From assembly GCA_965218785.1 (NCBI GenBank), contig OZ244650.1, positions 1,056,001 through 1,120,000 of the forward strand: DNA of 64,000 nt, written 5' to 3'. This DNA comes from Nitrosopumilus sp. Its GTDB lineage: Archaea > Thermoproteota > Nitrososphaeria > Nitrososphaerales > Nitrosopumilaceae. Below, piece after piece: positions 20,928-32,106 of the stretch (the stretch's first letter is position 1; each line of letters begins with the position of its first letter). The notes under the pieces are model-generated. The model ran no database searches. It was not told where the DNA came from and saw only the letters and a list, made by a program, of their open reading frames with translations. The translations under genes and the position numbers were made by a program.

Positions 20928-22036
20928 ATGAAATCGGATCTTAGAACGGCATTAATCTTGGGAATCGTCATTGTCACGGGACTGGGGGCGATGAGCATCA
21001 TATTCTCATCACTTGACGAGCAGGTTCCAACGACAAATGTAACAAGCAGCGAAAACACGTTGGAGATTGACAAGTCCGGATTCAAGGCGGCACCTGATAT
21101 CGTTGGAATCGCCCATTATCTAAATACCACGCCAGAAGAACTTGAAGAGGCAATTGAAGGTAAAGTCGTACTGTACGACATTTGGACGTACAGCTGCATA
21201 AACTGCATCAGGACGCTCCCGTACATCACGGCATGGGATGAGAAATATTCGGATCAAGGACTGCTAGTTTTAGGTATTCACTCACCGGAATTCGAGTTTG
21301 AAAAAGATCCAGAGAATGTAAAGATGGCAATAGAGAAATATGACATAGAGTATCCCGTCGTCATGGATAACGACATGGAGACGTGGAAGGCCTTTGAAAA
21401 CAGGTACTGGCCAAGAAAATACATTGCAGATCACGAAGGGTACCTCAGATATGACCACATAGGGGAGGGCGCATACAAGGAGACAGAAAAAATCATCCAG
21501 CAGCTGTTAGATGAAAGGTCCAGAACGCTGGAATGCCGATGGCATCAGCCGCACCACTTGTAGATATTGAAGAGTTTGAGCACAGCATGTTTAGGAGCAC
21601 CCCCGAGCTGTACTTTGGGTATCACTTTGCACAGGGCAGAAACCAGCTTGGAAACAGCGAGGGATTCCAGCCCAACAAAACAGTGACGTATACAGAGTCC
21701 GAAAGCAGTGATCCAGACAGGTTCTATCTTACAGGTGACTGGCAAAACCAAAAAGACGGCATGGAGCTAGTCTCAGAAACAGGAAGCATAAGACTGCTGT
21801 ACAATGCAAAGGAGGTAAACATTGTGACTGCAAACAGCGGGGAACTAGAGATACTCCTAGATGGACAGCCTCTTGATTCGCCATATTCCGGGAATGACAT
21901 CCCCTCTGGAAACATACTGCGAGTCTCAGAGCCGGATCTGTACAATATAATCAACAGCGAGGAGACTGAGACCCATCTAATCGAGATGAACATATCAGGC
22001 AAGGGCTTTCAGATATTTACATTCACCTTTGGATAG
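20928..22036 (+). CDS. Membrane-anchored redoxin (DipZ-like thioredoxin plus C-terminal domain), one indel near 21530
   Basis: WTYSCINC, HSPEFEFE, YWP, GEG; second ORF has TPELYFG...FTFG. Confidence 0.88.
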
Positions 22037-22131
22037 TGTAACCATGTCTTGTTGTAACCCCGGTTACGGCTACCGTGGTGACAGTTCCGTTTAAAACCAA
22101 AATATCCGACCCATAATGAGGAAAATATGCG

Positions 22132-22812
22132 ATGTTAAAGAACTCTTGGAGCAAGACGGGAGGAGACGGAGGAGGAGAGAGCATATCGCAAAAGATTATC
22201 GGCAAGGTAAGACCGGATGAACCATTAAAAAACAAGATTGACCTGGCACAAAAAAAACTCCAGTTTCAGATATCAAAACTTGACGGAGTCAGTGAAAAAC
22301 TGCAAAAAAGTCATGACGGGCTCTTTGAAAAGATTGTAAACGCCCAAAAGAACAACAAGAACATGCACGCCCATGCATATGCAAAGGAGCTAAGCCAGGT
22401 TCGAAAAGTAAAGAACATGATAGGCGGGGCAAAGTTATCAATGGAGCAGATCAAACTCAGGCTAGATACCGTATCAGAACTGGGCGATGTCGTAGTGACA
22501 CTCAGTCCGTGCATGTCAATCATCAAGGGACTTGCACCGTCACTTAACGGACTCATGCCGGATGCAAACGCCTCGATGCAGGACCTCTCACAGATACTCG
22601 GAGATGTAATATCCGGCTCGTCAGTAGAGGTCGGCAGCAGTAATGGTATCAACGTGGGTGCAGAGGCAAGTGCTGATACTCTTGCAATTTTAGAAGAGGC
22701 GCACAGCGTGATTGCAGGGCAGGCAAAATCCGCGATTCCGGAGATTCCAGAGGATCTCAGGCGGCAGAGGTCTCGGGAAAAAATCCGACATTTTGTTGTG
22801 ATTACTGTTTAG
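22132..22812 (+). CDS. cdvB: ESCRT-III (CdvB/Snf7 family) protein
   Basis: Coiled coil with YAKEL...LSMEQIKLRLDTVSELGDVVVTLSP; which paralog cannot be resolved here. Confidence 0.8.
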   Translation: MLKNSWSKTGGDGGGESISQKIIGKVRPDEPLKNKIDLAQKKLQFQISKLDGVSEKLQKSHDGLFEKIVNAQKNNKNMHAHAYAKELSQVRKVKNMIGGAKLSMEQIKLRLDTVSELGDVVVTLSPCMSIIKGLAPSLNGLMPDANASMQDLSQILGDVISGSSVEVGSSNGINVGAEASADTLAILEEAHSVIAGQAKSAIPEIPEDLRRQRSREKIRHFVVITV

Positions 22813-22893
22813 AGAAAGATAGGTTCCCGACGGTATAATGACTTGTCATTCTTTAACGGCATTACACCACATCAAAAGTCGTCTGGATACCAG

Positions 22894-23232
22894 TCACTTT
22901 TTACTTTTTTGAACCAGAATCTTTTTGATTCTAGATATTGTGGGATAGCTATAACCGCGGCGCCGGTAGTTGGCAATCATCATCTTCCAGTTTTTCAGCC
23001 TCCACTGTGCCTGCTCGGCAGTGACAGAGTGAACCTCTTTTTGGATGATGCTCTTTCTTCCGACCTTTAGTGTTCCGGCATCCTTTGCAGACCACCTGTT
23101 TTTTGCAAACTTTAGTCCCGTGAGAACCTCCTTGACTGGCATTGCCATAAAGTACTCCCTTAATTTTTTTAATTCGGCATCTGTGGGTTTTTTGGAGACG
23201 GGCAGTTCCACGGTGGTAGCATGCTTTGCCAT
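22894..23232 (-). CDS. Hypothetical basic protein
   Basis: 112-aa ORF. Confidence 0.7.
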   Translation of the reverse strand: MAKHATTVELPVSKKPTDAELKKLREYFMAMPVKEVLTGLKFAKNRWSAKDAGTLKVGRKSIIQKEVHSVTAEQAQWRLKNWKMMIANYRRRGYSYPTISRIKKILVQKSKK

Positions 23233-23471
23233 GTGAAACCTACAAAGTCATGCCTTAAGAGAATCTTGCTGAATCAGAATTAACCAAAGCGGGAATAATT
23301 AGAGATGATCAGCGCTAACAGGGCAGTGGGATGTTGGAGTTTTTACACAGTGTCAAATACATTCCAAATCCGATAATCACCGCTGCAAAGGCAGACAACG
23401 GAACCAAAAGGAGCAGATTGGTTTTACGACCCATGACCGGGATTACATTCCTGCCTATAAAATTGTCACAG

Positions 23472-23889
23472 TTAATCTACCTGTATGGTAAACGTGCCCC
23501 TGGTGAGTGGATCTTGTAATAGTGAGACCATCTCCCTTGGAAGCATATCAGATGCTGCATCGCAGTTTATGGCCATGGTTTCTAGGACAGATAAAACCGC
23601 TCTTTCGTATGACTATATCCTCCGGATCAGTGAGAGTGAGATCAGGATGTCCATTCCCCCTTACTGTATAGTGGTGTTCACCCACCTGGATTAGGAAGGT
23701 GACTTTGGAGTCGGGATTCCTGATCTTTTCTTTTAACTCCTCAGGCAGACTGGCACACCCCGTGGCGGCATTTACGCCGATTATACAGTCGCCCCGGGGT
23801 GTCAAAGCAGAGTCAGTAGTGATTTCAATTGTTTTTTGATGGTTTGATCTAATGTTTTTATGACCTGAAAACTGAATCTCGAATCTCAC
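23472..23889 (-). CDS. DUF371-family protein, indel near 23580
   Basis: GHKNIRSNHQKTIEIT, TPRGDCIIG, IVIRKS; frame-shifted tail CDAASDMLPREMV...IQVD* ends at 23472. Confidence 0.8.
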
Positions 23890-24042
23890 GTCATAAGGAA
23901 GACCTGACTTGAATTAAACTTTAGCAAGCCAATACCGCGTTTCAAAATGAATGGCAGGATGACGGTTTTACAAATTATGACAAGGATGATTAAAAGACTG
24001 CAGTGTGCTAGTTTCTTGAGTTTGGGTTAGTTACGAACAAAC

Positions 24043-25218
24043 TCATAAAGAATCCCTGTATTTTAGCCACATGGCAAACATGTTGTCTGTAAATTCATAC
24101 TCTCCGCGTGCAACATTTTTTAATATGGTCTTGGTTTTTAGTTGATTTATGGCGTAATTGGTACTGTTTTCATCAATAAACTCCGCATTTGAAATCTCTT
24201 TTGGCGAACTGTTTGGATTTTTGCCAGTCCTTTTAACACCTTGATCTCAATGGGAGATAAAATCTCAGTAAATTCCTTAAAAGCCTGTTCCCCCCTCTTT
24301 TTGAAGAACTGATGAAATCACCTTTTTTAGTCTGCCTGCATCAACGTTTGTCACATTCAAATACTGTATTTCTTTTCCAACCAGCTGAAGATTGTATGGT
24401 ATTCCACTAGTCATTGTGTATAATTTTGATCTTACCTCGTCATCAAATTTCACATTGGAAAGATAGTGTTTCAAAAACCCGTCGTATTCTTTTTCAGTGA
24501 ATGGTGGAATGTCACGTAAAAGCAGTTGTTTGTAAAAAGGAGCACTGGATTTGGCAACTAGATTATCCAAAGTGTCACGATAAGACCCGGACACGACAAG
24601 TTTTGTTTGCTTGTAATCTTCAAACAAAGTACGTAAAAGATGGACGATACTTTGTCCGATCTTTTGATTCTTTGCACCGTATGTCAAATCAATAACTGAT
24701 GGAAACTCATCTAAAATCAAAACACTTTGTGTTTTTGTCATTTGTGCCAAATCATCAATTAATGAAAATGTCTTATTTATTACATCTTCAACATTGTCTG
24801 ATTCTTTTCTGACATATGAAACTGAGACCTTTAAATCTGAAACGACAGGTACTGAAAGATCTAAATTTTGCAAAAATGTTGCAAGGGCGCCTGCCCCGGT
24901 TTCAAGAAGATGTTCAAATTTAAATTTTTTTGGCAGTTTGTTCTGAAATGCAGAAATGGCAGCACGGTTTAAAATCTTTGAGAACTCTTCTACGGTAGAT
25001 GGTACAACACGCCAAATTGAAATAGGGATTACGACAATCCCCTTTTTTTCAAGTTGGTTCTGTGTTTCTTTTAGGATGCTGGTTTTGCCAATTCGGCGTA
25101 TTCCAGACAAGGAGAATCCGATTTTGTTTTTAGATGCCAGTTCTTTTACCAACTCGCCGATTATTTTGTCCCGCCCAATGAGATCTTTGCCAGATACGGG
25201 ATAAAGTGAAAAGGACAT
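24043..25218 (-). CDS. Archaeal P-loop ATPase with C-terminal wHTH-like region, indels near 24240-24290
   Basis: IGRD, GIRRIGKT Walker A, LILDEF Walker B, VSGS, GIPY; tail ...RGEYEFTDNMFAMWL continues in another frame. Confidence 0.8.
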
Positions 25219-25221
25219 GTG

Positions 25222-25260
25222 AAACTTGTAACCTTTACAACTTTTAAATGTTACAAGTTT
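25222..25260. promoter_or_regulatory. Perfect 11-bp inverted repeat flanking the TATA-like box of the ATPase gene
   Basis: AAACTTGTAAC-N17-GTTACAAGTTT with TTTAAA in the spacer, 3 bp upstream of the ATG. Confidence 0.55.
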
Positions 25261-25766
25261 GATGTTTATTTCTGAATTTTTACTTTAAAATCGGGCATGT
25301 GTTGGATTTGGTAAAATAGATGATTTTGATGACTAGTTGAAACGGATTCGAGGGTTTTAGGCTCGTACAAATATTCTCAGAATTGGAATTCAGTTGTTAT
25401 TCCCAGTCTCAGATAGATGGCAGCAGCTCAGTATTTGTTAAATATATAACATCATTTTTGATCGCAGTGATAAAACAAAATAATGTCATATTTTTTGAAG
25501 TGTTCTTTGTGCCCGGTGTCATGACAGTACGCAGATCAGCTGAGAATACTCAGGATAAACAGTGCAGGTACATCTAGGGACCTAGTTGAGAGAGCAATGC
25601 AGTCTTGTGGTCTGACAGGAAAACAGCAGGCAGATCAGCAATTACACAATTCTCTTGGTTACCACGATCTTGGCATCATCTGCCAAACTGTTGGCAGTAC
25701 CATTCCAAGATGTGTAAACAGGAATAAAACCAATGCTTAAATTAAACTTTCAGGGCAACAGATCAA

Positions 25767-26504
25767 ATGCTTCCTGCACAACAAGGTTATGACAGAGCAA
25801 TTACCGTTTTTTCGCCTGACGGCCGGCTATACCAGGTGGAATACGCCATCGAGACGGTGCGTAGAGGCACGATCGCAGTAGGCATAAAATGCAAGGATGG
25901 AATAATCATCGCAGTCGAGGAAAAGCCAAGAAAACTGCAGATCTCCACGACTGCACAAAAAATTTTTCAGATTGACGATCACGTGGGCGTTGCAGCGGCA
26001 GGATACATTCCGGATGCAAGAAGCCAGGTGGATAATGCCAGGTTCTTTTCTCAGAGTAACAAGATGATTTATGATGAAGCAGTGGAAGTTGAAACGATTG
26101 CAAAGCATCTGGCAGATCAATGCCAGCAGTTCACACAGTATGCGGGAGTCAGGCCGTTTGGAGTGGCACTCATTCTAGGCGGTGTTGTAAACAAGATACC
26201 ACAGCTATACCTGACTGATCCCAGCGGAACATACATCTCTTATGACGCAATCGCAATCGGCGCCGGCTCTGATCAGGTGACTGACTTTTTGGAAAAGACA
26301 TACAAAAATGATCTTTCACTAGATGACGCATCGGTACTGGCATCTGCGGGAATTTATCTCTCAAGCGAGGAGAAAGAGGCGACAAGCCACATCAGGATGG
26401 CACAAATCAAGATAGATAACGGCACGTATGAACTGATTTCAAACGAGCAGATTGCAAAGTATGCCGATACTGCCAGGGAAAAATACCCACACGAGCAGAA
26501 ATAA
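25767..26504 (+). CDS. psmA: Proteasome subunit alpha
   Basis: GYDRAITVFSPDGRLYQVEYA; RPFGVA. Confidence 0.97.
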   Translation: MLPAQQGYDRAITVFSPDGRLYQVEYAIETVRRGTIAVGIKCKDGIIIAVEEKPRKLQISTTAQKIFQIDDHVGVAAAGYIPDARSQVDNARFFSQSNKMIYDEAVEVETIAKHLADQCQQFTQYAGVRPFGVALILGGVVNKIPQLYLTDPSGTYISYDAIAIGAGSDQVTDFLEKTYKNDLSLDDASVLASAGIYLSSEEKEATSHIRMAQIKIDNGTYELISNEQIAKYADTAREKYPHEQK

Positions 26505-26536
26505 TTGTTTTTAACTGCCTGCGAGATTGAATTGCG

Positions 26537-27352
26537 TTGAATCTCTCAGTTGCCATTCCCGAATCATCCCTGATAGACGAGTCCCTCAAGATAGACAAGA
26601 CCCGAAAGATATCCGTTCTGGCAAGGGCCTGTGCAATATTCAAGACAGACACCATCTACGTGTACCAGGACGGGGAGAACAAACAGGACGGCAGCCTGAT
26701 CGTTATGATTTTAAGATACCTGGAGACGCCGCAGTTCCTGAGAAGAAGACTGTTTCCCAAAATGAACGACCTGAAATTTGCAGGAGTGCTTCACCCGCTG
26801 AAGATTCCAAGCCACGTCACCCCTGCAAACTCGAAGAAGATCAACCGGGGCGATGTCAGGGAAGGAATCGTAGTCAGCATAAAGGGAAAAAGGTTTGTTG
26901 ATGCGGGAATAAACCAGCTGGTGCCGTTCTTTGGCAAGACTGCAATCGGAAAAAGAGTCACAGTCCAGTTCAAGGAGGGATACCCGAAATTCTCAGTAAA
27001 GGAGATAAACAGAAACGAGACGCCGCTATACTGGGGATACACGGTAAAAGAGAGGGCAAGCCTGTTCTCGCTGCTAAGCGAGTGGAAGGGCAACGCCATC
27101 ATCACATCAAGAAAGGGAAGAACTGCAACAAAGGAACAGATTGCAAAGTACGCAAACTCGGATCAGCCAACGCTGGTAGTCTTTGGCTCCCCCGAGAAGG
27201 GAATTCATGAAATTCTCGGAGGAAAGCTAAAAAACATACAAAATGCAAAATCACTGAACTTTTTTCCAAACCAGGCCACACAGACCGTACGTCTGGAGGA
27301 GGCGTTACTTGGAACGCTATCCATACTAAACGCCCAGGGCACGTCGTCGTAA
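26537..27352 (+). CDS. SPOUT-class RNA methyltransferase (DUF171 family)
   Basis: YLETPQFLRR, REG, YWGY, VFGSP, NFFPNQATQTVRLEEA. Confidence 0.85.
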   Translation: MNLSVAIPESSLIDESLKIDKTRKISVLARACAIFKTDTIYVYQDGENKQDGSLIVMILRYLETPQFLRRRLFPKMNDLKFAGVLHPLKIPSHVTPANSKKINRGDVREGIVVSIKGKRFVDAGINQLVPFFGKTAIGKRVTVQFKEGYPKFSVKEINRNETPLYWGYTVKERASLFSLLSEWKGNAIITSRKGRTATKEQIAKYANSDQPTLVVFGSPEKGIHEILGGKLKNIQNAKSLNFFPNQATQTVRLEEALLGTLSILNAQGTSS

Positions 27353-27453
27353 TGTCCGAAAGAAAGAATTTTTTGCTGCTTGCCATCGGTATGGGAATCG
27401 CCGGAATCATAATTGGCGGAGTCACAATCTGGAATATCATATCAGATATCTAA
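27352..27453 (+). CDS. Small single-TM protein (MSERKNFLLLAIGMGIAGIIIGGVTIWNIISDI)
   Basis: Translated by hand; TAATG overlap with the upstream gene. Confidence 0.5.
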   Translation: MSERKNFLLLAIGMGIAGIIIGGVTIWNIISDI

Positions 27454-27549
27454 TCAGATAATCAGCCATTTTGGTTAACCTGCATTTTTGATCTGGTTAA
27501 CGATATCACACATGGTTTAATAGAGGGACACCGATGATGCGTCTTAACA

Positions 27550-28542
27550 ATGGGAGCTAGAAAACGACATTCACCACGCAGGGGAAGTCTTGCATATTCG
27601 CCACGAATTCGTGCCAAAAGCATGGAGGCGCGCATCAGGGCGTGGCCGACACGCAATTCAGAAGAGCCAAAGATTCTGGCACACTGCGGATTCAAGGCAG
27701 GCTGCGTGCAGGTAGTTAGTATTGATGATCGTGACAAGACGCCAAATGCCGGAAAACAGCTAGTCAGCCTTGGAACGGTCCTAGTAACGCCGCCGGTGCT
27801 GATTCTGGGAATCAGGGGCTACTCCAAGGATTATGACGGACTGCACGCAGAGTTTGACGTGTATGCCGAGGATATTCCAAAATATATTACAAAAGAGATT
27901 ACGCTAAAAAACAAAGAGGGCGCACTAGAGGATGCCGAAAAAAGATTAAAAAAGATAAAAGAGATATTTGCAATCGTTGCAGTATCCCCGCGTGCTGCAG
28001 GACTAGAGCAGAAAAAGCCGTATGTCTTTGAGGCCATAGTCAGCGGAGGGGACGTACAAAAGCAGTTTGCACACGTGAAAGAACTGCTGGGACAGGAGAT
28101 AAAGATTGATCAGATATTTGAGACTGGTTCTAGTGTCGATGTTGCTGCAATCACAAAGGGAAAGGGATGGCAGGGAGTGCTAAAGAGATGGCACGTAAAA
28201 AAGAAACAGCATAAATCAAGAAAGACCGTAAGAGAGGTCGGCTCATTGGGACCAATCTCCCCGCAAAGCGTCATGTATACGGTTCCCAGGGCAGGCCAGA
28301 TGGGATTCCATCAAAGGACAGAATACGACAAAAGGATCATGATGATGGGAAACACAAATGATGAAAAAATAAAGATAAATCCCGACGGCGGATACAAGCA
28401 TTTCGGATTAGTCCGCGGTGATTTTATAATTCTAAAGGGTTCGGTCCCCGGAACATACAAAAGACTCATCAAACTTCGTAGCCAGATTCGAAACGCCCCG
28501 GCAAAGGTCACAAAGCCAAACATTCTGGAGGTTGTGATATGA
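27550..28542 (+). CDS. rpl3: 50S ribosomal protein L3
   Basis: PRRGSLAYSPR, GFKAG, TKGKGWQG, AGQMGFHQRT. Confidence 0.97.
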   Translation: MGARKRHSPRRGSLAYSPRIRAKSMEARIRAWPTRNSEEPKILAHCGFKAGCVQVVSIDDRDKTPNAGKQLVSLGTVLVTPPVLILGIRGYSKDYDGLHAEFDVYAEDIPKYITKEITLKNKEGALEDAEKRLKKIKEIFAIVAVSPRAAGLEQKKPYVFEAIVSGGDVQKQFAHVKELLGQEIKIDQIFETGSSVDVAAITKGKGWQGVLKRWHVKKKQHKSRKTVREVGSLGPISPQSVMYTVPRAGQMGFHQRTEYDKRIMMMGNTNDEKIKINPDGGYKHFGLVRGDFIILKGSVPGTYKRLIKLRSQIRNAPAKVTKPNILEVVI

Positions 28543-29354
28543 TGAAAGTTGCCGCATACACCACCACCGGAGCAAATGACGGAGAGGTGGAACTCCCGCT
28601 AGTCTTCTCCACACCGTTTAGAAGGGAGCTGATACACAAGGCATTTACCAACTTATACTCGCACAAATTCCAGCCGCAGGGAAGAAAACCACGTGCCGGC
28701 ATGGACGTGGTTGCAGACTCTAACGATCCCCCAACAGGCCAGGGCGTCTCCCGTGTTGCCAGAATGAGCGGCGGTGGAGGCGGAAGACAGGGACAGGGTG
28801 CAGAAGTCGCATCAACTCGCGGCGGAAGACAGGCACACCCGCCAATAGTAGACAGGGTAATCTACAAGAGAATAAACAAGAGGGAGCGAAAGCTGGCACT
28901 GTGTTCTGCAATTGCAGCTACGGCATCCCGGGATATCATAGAATCACGCGGACATAAAATCGCGGGAATCGAGTCGTTTCCAATCATAGTATCTGATGAG
29001 ATCCAGACAGTCTCCAAGACAAGCGAGATGGTAAAGGTGTTAGATGCCCTGAAACTAACGCAGGATGTCCGGAGGCTTGATTCAAGAAAGCCGCGTTCTG
29101 GAAAACCACTACTTCGTGGAAGGGCCAAAAAGATCGGAAAGAGCGTGCTGTTTGTAGTGGCAGACACCACAAACATAACAAAGGCCACAGGCGCCCTGCC
29201 CGGTGTGGAGGTAGTCAACGTCAAAAACCTAAGCGTGCTGGATTTAGCACCCGGTTCTGATCCAGTCAGACTGACAGTATACTCAAAGTCGGCAATAAAG
29301 GAGATTGAAAAGATAAAGTCGGCACATCTAGAGATAATGGTGAAGATGCAATGA
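28539..29354 (+). CDS. rpl4: 50S ribosomal protein L4
   Basis: GRQAHPP, DLAPG...RLTVY. Confidence 0.96.
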   Translation: MMKVAAYTTTGANDGEVELPLVFSTPFRRELIHKAFTNLYSHKFQPQGRKPRAGMDVVADSNDPPTGQGVSRVARMSGGGGGRQGQGAEVASTRGGRQAHPPIVDRVIYKRINKRERKLALCSAIAATASRDIIESRGHKIAGIESFPIIVSDEIQTVSKTSEMVKVLDALKLTQDVRRLDSRKPRSGKPLLRGRAKKIGKSVLFVVADTTNITKATGALPGVEVVNVKNLSVLDLAPGSDPVRLTVYSKSAIKEIEKIKSAHLEIMVKMQ

Positions 29355-29617
29355 ACGTAGAGCGGGCAAGCAGGATCATCATAAAGCCGTACATCACAGA
29401 AAAGACGTTTGCCATGGTGGAAAACGAGAACAAGATCTGTTTTATCGTGGAGATCTCGGCTACCAAACCGCAGATAGTCGAGGCCGTAAAGACGTTATAC
29501 AATGAAAAGGTCATCAACGTAAACACCGCAAGAACGATTTATGGCAAAAAGGCGTTTGTTCAGTTTGAAAACACGGCAAAAGCCAGGGATTTGGCAACAA
29601 AGATAGGAATGCTATAA
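29351..29617 (+). CDS. rpl23: 50S ribosomal protein L23
   Basis: KPYITEK, VNT, KKAFV. Confidence 0.95.
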   Translation: MNVERASRIIIKPYITEKTFAMVENENKICFIVEISATKPQIVEAVKTLYNEKVINVNTARTIYGKKAFVQFENTAKARDLATKIGML

Positions 29618-29661
29618 TATGGACTGCAAAACCCGAAGGATATTGACAGAGGAGAAAATAC

Positions 29662-30057
29662 ATGGTTAAGGAATTTTTATACAGGGGAATTCCAAGAGAA
29701 GAGCTCGAGAAAATGTCCCTTGAGAGCTGGTTCAAACTGTTTAATTCCAGGCAGCGAAGATCCCTTACCCGCGGCATAACAGACGGCAAAAGAAAGCTAA
29801 TCGAGGAGATAAAGTCAGCAAAGGCAGGCACACTAAAGAATACAATCAAGACCCACTTGAGGGATCTTATCATTTTACCATATATGGTAGACGTTACAGT
29901 AAATGTTTTTTCAGGAAAAGAGTTCAAACCGGTCGTAATACAGACCGAGATGATCGGTCACTACCTGGGGGAGTATGTCATAACAAACAAAAAAGTCTCA
30001 CATGGTGCGCCGGGTGTCGGAGCATCAAGATCCAGTCTTTACGTGCCGCTAAAGTGA
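29662..30057 (+). CDS. rps19: 30S ribosomal protein S19
   Basis: KTHLRD, EMIGHYLGE, GASRSS. Confidence 0.96.
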   Translation: MVKEFLYRGIPREELEKMSLESWFKLFNSRQRRSLTRGITDGKRKLIEEIKSAKAGTLKNTIKTHLRDLIILPYMVDVTVNVFSGKEFKPVVIQTEMIGHYLGEYVITNKKVSHGAPGVGASRSSLYVPLK

Positions 30058-30062
30058 TTATC

Positions 30063-30521
30063 ATGGGTAGATTCGGTTACGCATTCCAAAATTATGATCC
30101 TACAAGACACGTGCGTTCCTCGCTGCGCGAGAAGGACATGTCACATAAACATGCCCGAGAGGTGGCAGTTGCAATAAAGGGAATGTCAATTGAAAAGGCA
30201 AGGGACTATCTTCATGATGTGATCAACAAAAACCGGGCAGTGGCATTCAGACGCTTTAAAAATCAGGTGGGGCACAGGTCGGATCCCGGAATGATGTCCG
30301 GCAGATACCCGCAAAAGACGGCAAAGGAGTTCATCAAGGTACTAGACAACCTGGAATCAAATGCAGAGTACAAGGGAATGGATCTGGACAGGTTGAGAAT
30401 CATAAATGCCACCGTACACAAGGGCGTAATAGTAAAAAGATTCATCCCAAGGGCGATGGGCAGGGCGACGCCAAACAACAACGTGCTGACACACGTAGAA
30501 GTGGTAGGCCAGGAGATTTAG
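30063..30521 (+). CDS. rpl22: 50S ribosomal protein L22
   Basis: [21 protein letters not shown]. Confidence 0.96.
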   Translation: MGRFGYAFQNYDPTRHVRSSLREKDMSHKHAREVAVAIKGMSIEKARDYLHDVINKNRAVAFRRFKNQVGHRSDPGMMSGRYPQKTAKEFIKVLDNLESNAEYKGMDLDRLRIINATVHKGVIVKRFIPRAMGRATPNNNVLTHVEVVGQEI

Positions 30522-30522
30522 A

Positions 30523-31317
30523 ATGTCTGCAGTCAAGAACGTAATCAAGGACAACTACAAGAACATGCTTCTAAAGGACTATCTCAGGGAGGCAATAAAG
30601 GACGCCGGCTTTTCACATGCGGAGATATCAAAGACGCCGATGGGAACCAGGGTCGCACTGCACGTGACGAGACCGGGAATAGTAATAGGAAGAAAGGGTT
30701 CGGGAATCAGGGCACTTACAGAAAAGCTAGAAAAGGATTTTGAGCTAAAAAACCCGCAGATATCTGTCGTGGAGATTGACAAGCCGGAATTATCCCCCAA
30801 TGTGATGTGCAACAGGATGGCATCGCACCTGGAGCGGGGAACGGCATTTAGAAGGGCCACCATGTGGACGCTAAAGCAGGTAATGGAGGGCGGTGCAATG
30901 GGAGTCCAGATAACAGTATCTGGAAAACTCAGAGGTGATCGTTCGGCATTTGAGAAACACACGCAGGGAATCCTGCCAAGGGCCGGACATCATGCCAAAA
31001 TTATCGTAGTCGAGGATATCGCACACGTAAAGACTGCGATGGGGCTGATTGGCATCAGGATTAGAATTGCAAGACATGGAAAGGTGGAACCGGAATTTGA
31101 GATGAGAGACAAGAAATCAGCAAAGACAGACGAGGCAAAGGACTCCCAAAAACCAGTAAAGATAGAGGAGGTAAAGGTGGATGATGTCAAAGTTGAGGTC
31201 ATAAAAGTCGAGGGCAAAAAAGACGAGGCGGCATCAGAATCCGAAGTGATCGAACTAGAGGAGAAAAAGATAGCAAAGATTGAGACACTCGAAGAAGAGG
31301 AGGCCAAATTAAAATAA
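30523..31317 (+). CDS. rps3: 30S ribosomal protein S3 with a charged C-terminal extension
   Basis: [20 protein letters not shown]. Confidence 0.96.
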   Translation: MSAVKNVIKDNYKNMLLKDYLREAIKDAGFSHAEISKTPMGTRVALHVTRPGIVIGRKGSGIRALTEKLEKDFELKNPQISVVEIDKPELSPNVMCNRMASHLERGTAFRRATMWTLKQVMEGGAMGVQITVSGKLRGDRSAFEKHTQGILPRAGHHAKIIVVEDIAHVKTAMGLIGIRIRIARHGKVEPEFEMRDKKSAKTDEAKDSQKPVKIEEVKVDDVKVEVIKVEGKKDEAASESEVIELEEKKIAKIETLEEEEAKLK

Positions 31318-31523
31318 TGACAAGAATCAGCATGAAGACTATCCATCAGTTTAATGAAAAGGATCTAAGAGAAAGGATTCAAGAGACGCGCAGTGAGCTT
31401 ATAAAACTCAGGGTGGATGGGGCCAAAGGCACGCTAAGAAAGGAGAGCGGCAAGTTAAAGCCGCTTCGCCACGATATTGCAAGAATGCTGACCAGACTAA
31501 ACGAGATGAAGAGAGAAAAATGA
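31317..31523 (+). CDS. rpl29: 50S ribosomal protein L29
   Basis: RHDIARMLT; operon position. Confidence 0.93.
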   Translation: MTRISMKTIHQFNEKDLRERIQETRSELIKLRVDGAKGTLRKESGKLKPLRHDIARMLTRLNEMKREK

Positions 31524-31789
31524 TCACAGTAGAAAACATCACATCACACGAGTTTATAGGACTAGACACCGAGATTACACAGTCTACAAACCCTCAGATT
31601 ATAGGATTAAATGGAAGGATAGTTGATGAAACAAGATCCATGTTCAAGATTGATACTAAAAACGGGGAAAAATCGGTGGCAAAGTCACACAACAGCTGGA
31701 GGTTTACAGTTAACGGTAAAGACGTCGTAATTGACGGCTCGAGAATTATAAAGAGACCGCATGACAGAATCGGGGGGAAGATGTCATGA
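31520..31789 (+). CDS. rnp1: Ribonuclease P protein subunit 1 (Rpp29)
   Basis: HEFIGL, GRIVDET, RP; operon position. Confidence 0.9.
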   Translation: MITVENITSHEFIGLDTEITQSTNPQIIGLNGRIVDETRSMFKIDTKNGEKSVAKSHNSWRFTVNGKDVVIDGSRIIKRPHDRIGGKMS

Positions 31790-32106
31790 CAAACATAGGA
31801 CTGAGTGTAAAAGAGCCAAAGAGGGAGTGTGCCGATAAAAACTGTCCGTTCCACGGTAATCTATCAGTTAGGGGAAAGCTGTTTGATGGCAAGGTGACAG
31901 GCAGCAAGGCAAGACAGACCATCACACTACAAAAAGAGGCACCAGTCTACTTTAGCAAGTTTAAGAGGTATGCCCGAGGTAAAAGTACGATTCACGCGCA
32001 TGTTCCAGGATGCATCGATGTGGAGTCTGGAGATTACGTACTGACTGCCGAGTGCAGGCCGATATCAAAGTCCATATCATATGTAGTAGTAGAGGTCAGA
32101 TCATAA
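31786..32106 (+). CDS. rps17: 30S ribosomal protein S17
   Basis: CPFHGNLSVRG, KFKRY, ECRPISK. Confidence 0.96.
   Translation: MTNIGLSVKEPKRECADKNCPFHGNLSVRGKLFDGKVTGSKARQTITLQKEAPVYFSKFKRYARGKSTIHAHVPGCIDVESGDYVLTAECRPISKSISYVVVEVRS

Noticed and set aside
6394-25218. Many split genes (CNNM, HMG-CoA synthase, redoxin, DUF371, ATPase) as pseudogenes or programmed frameshifts
   Set aside because: Breaks are mostly single-base indels in short runs (e.g. GAATGACT for GAAATGACT, GATCGCGC for GATCCGCGC) and hit HMGS, which is needed for archaeal lipids. Long-read consensus error is the simplest explanation.
29617-29662. Absence of rpl2 between rpl23 and rps19
   Set aside because: To my knowledge L2 is encoded elsewhere in this lineage, so this is not a novel loss.
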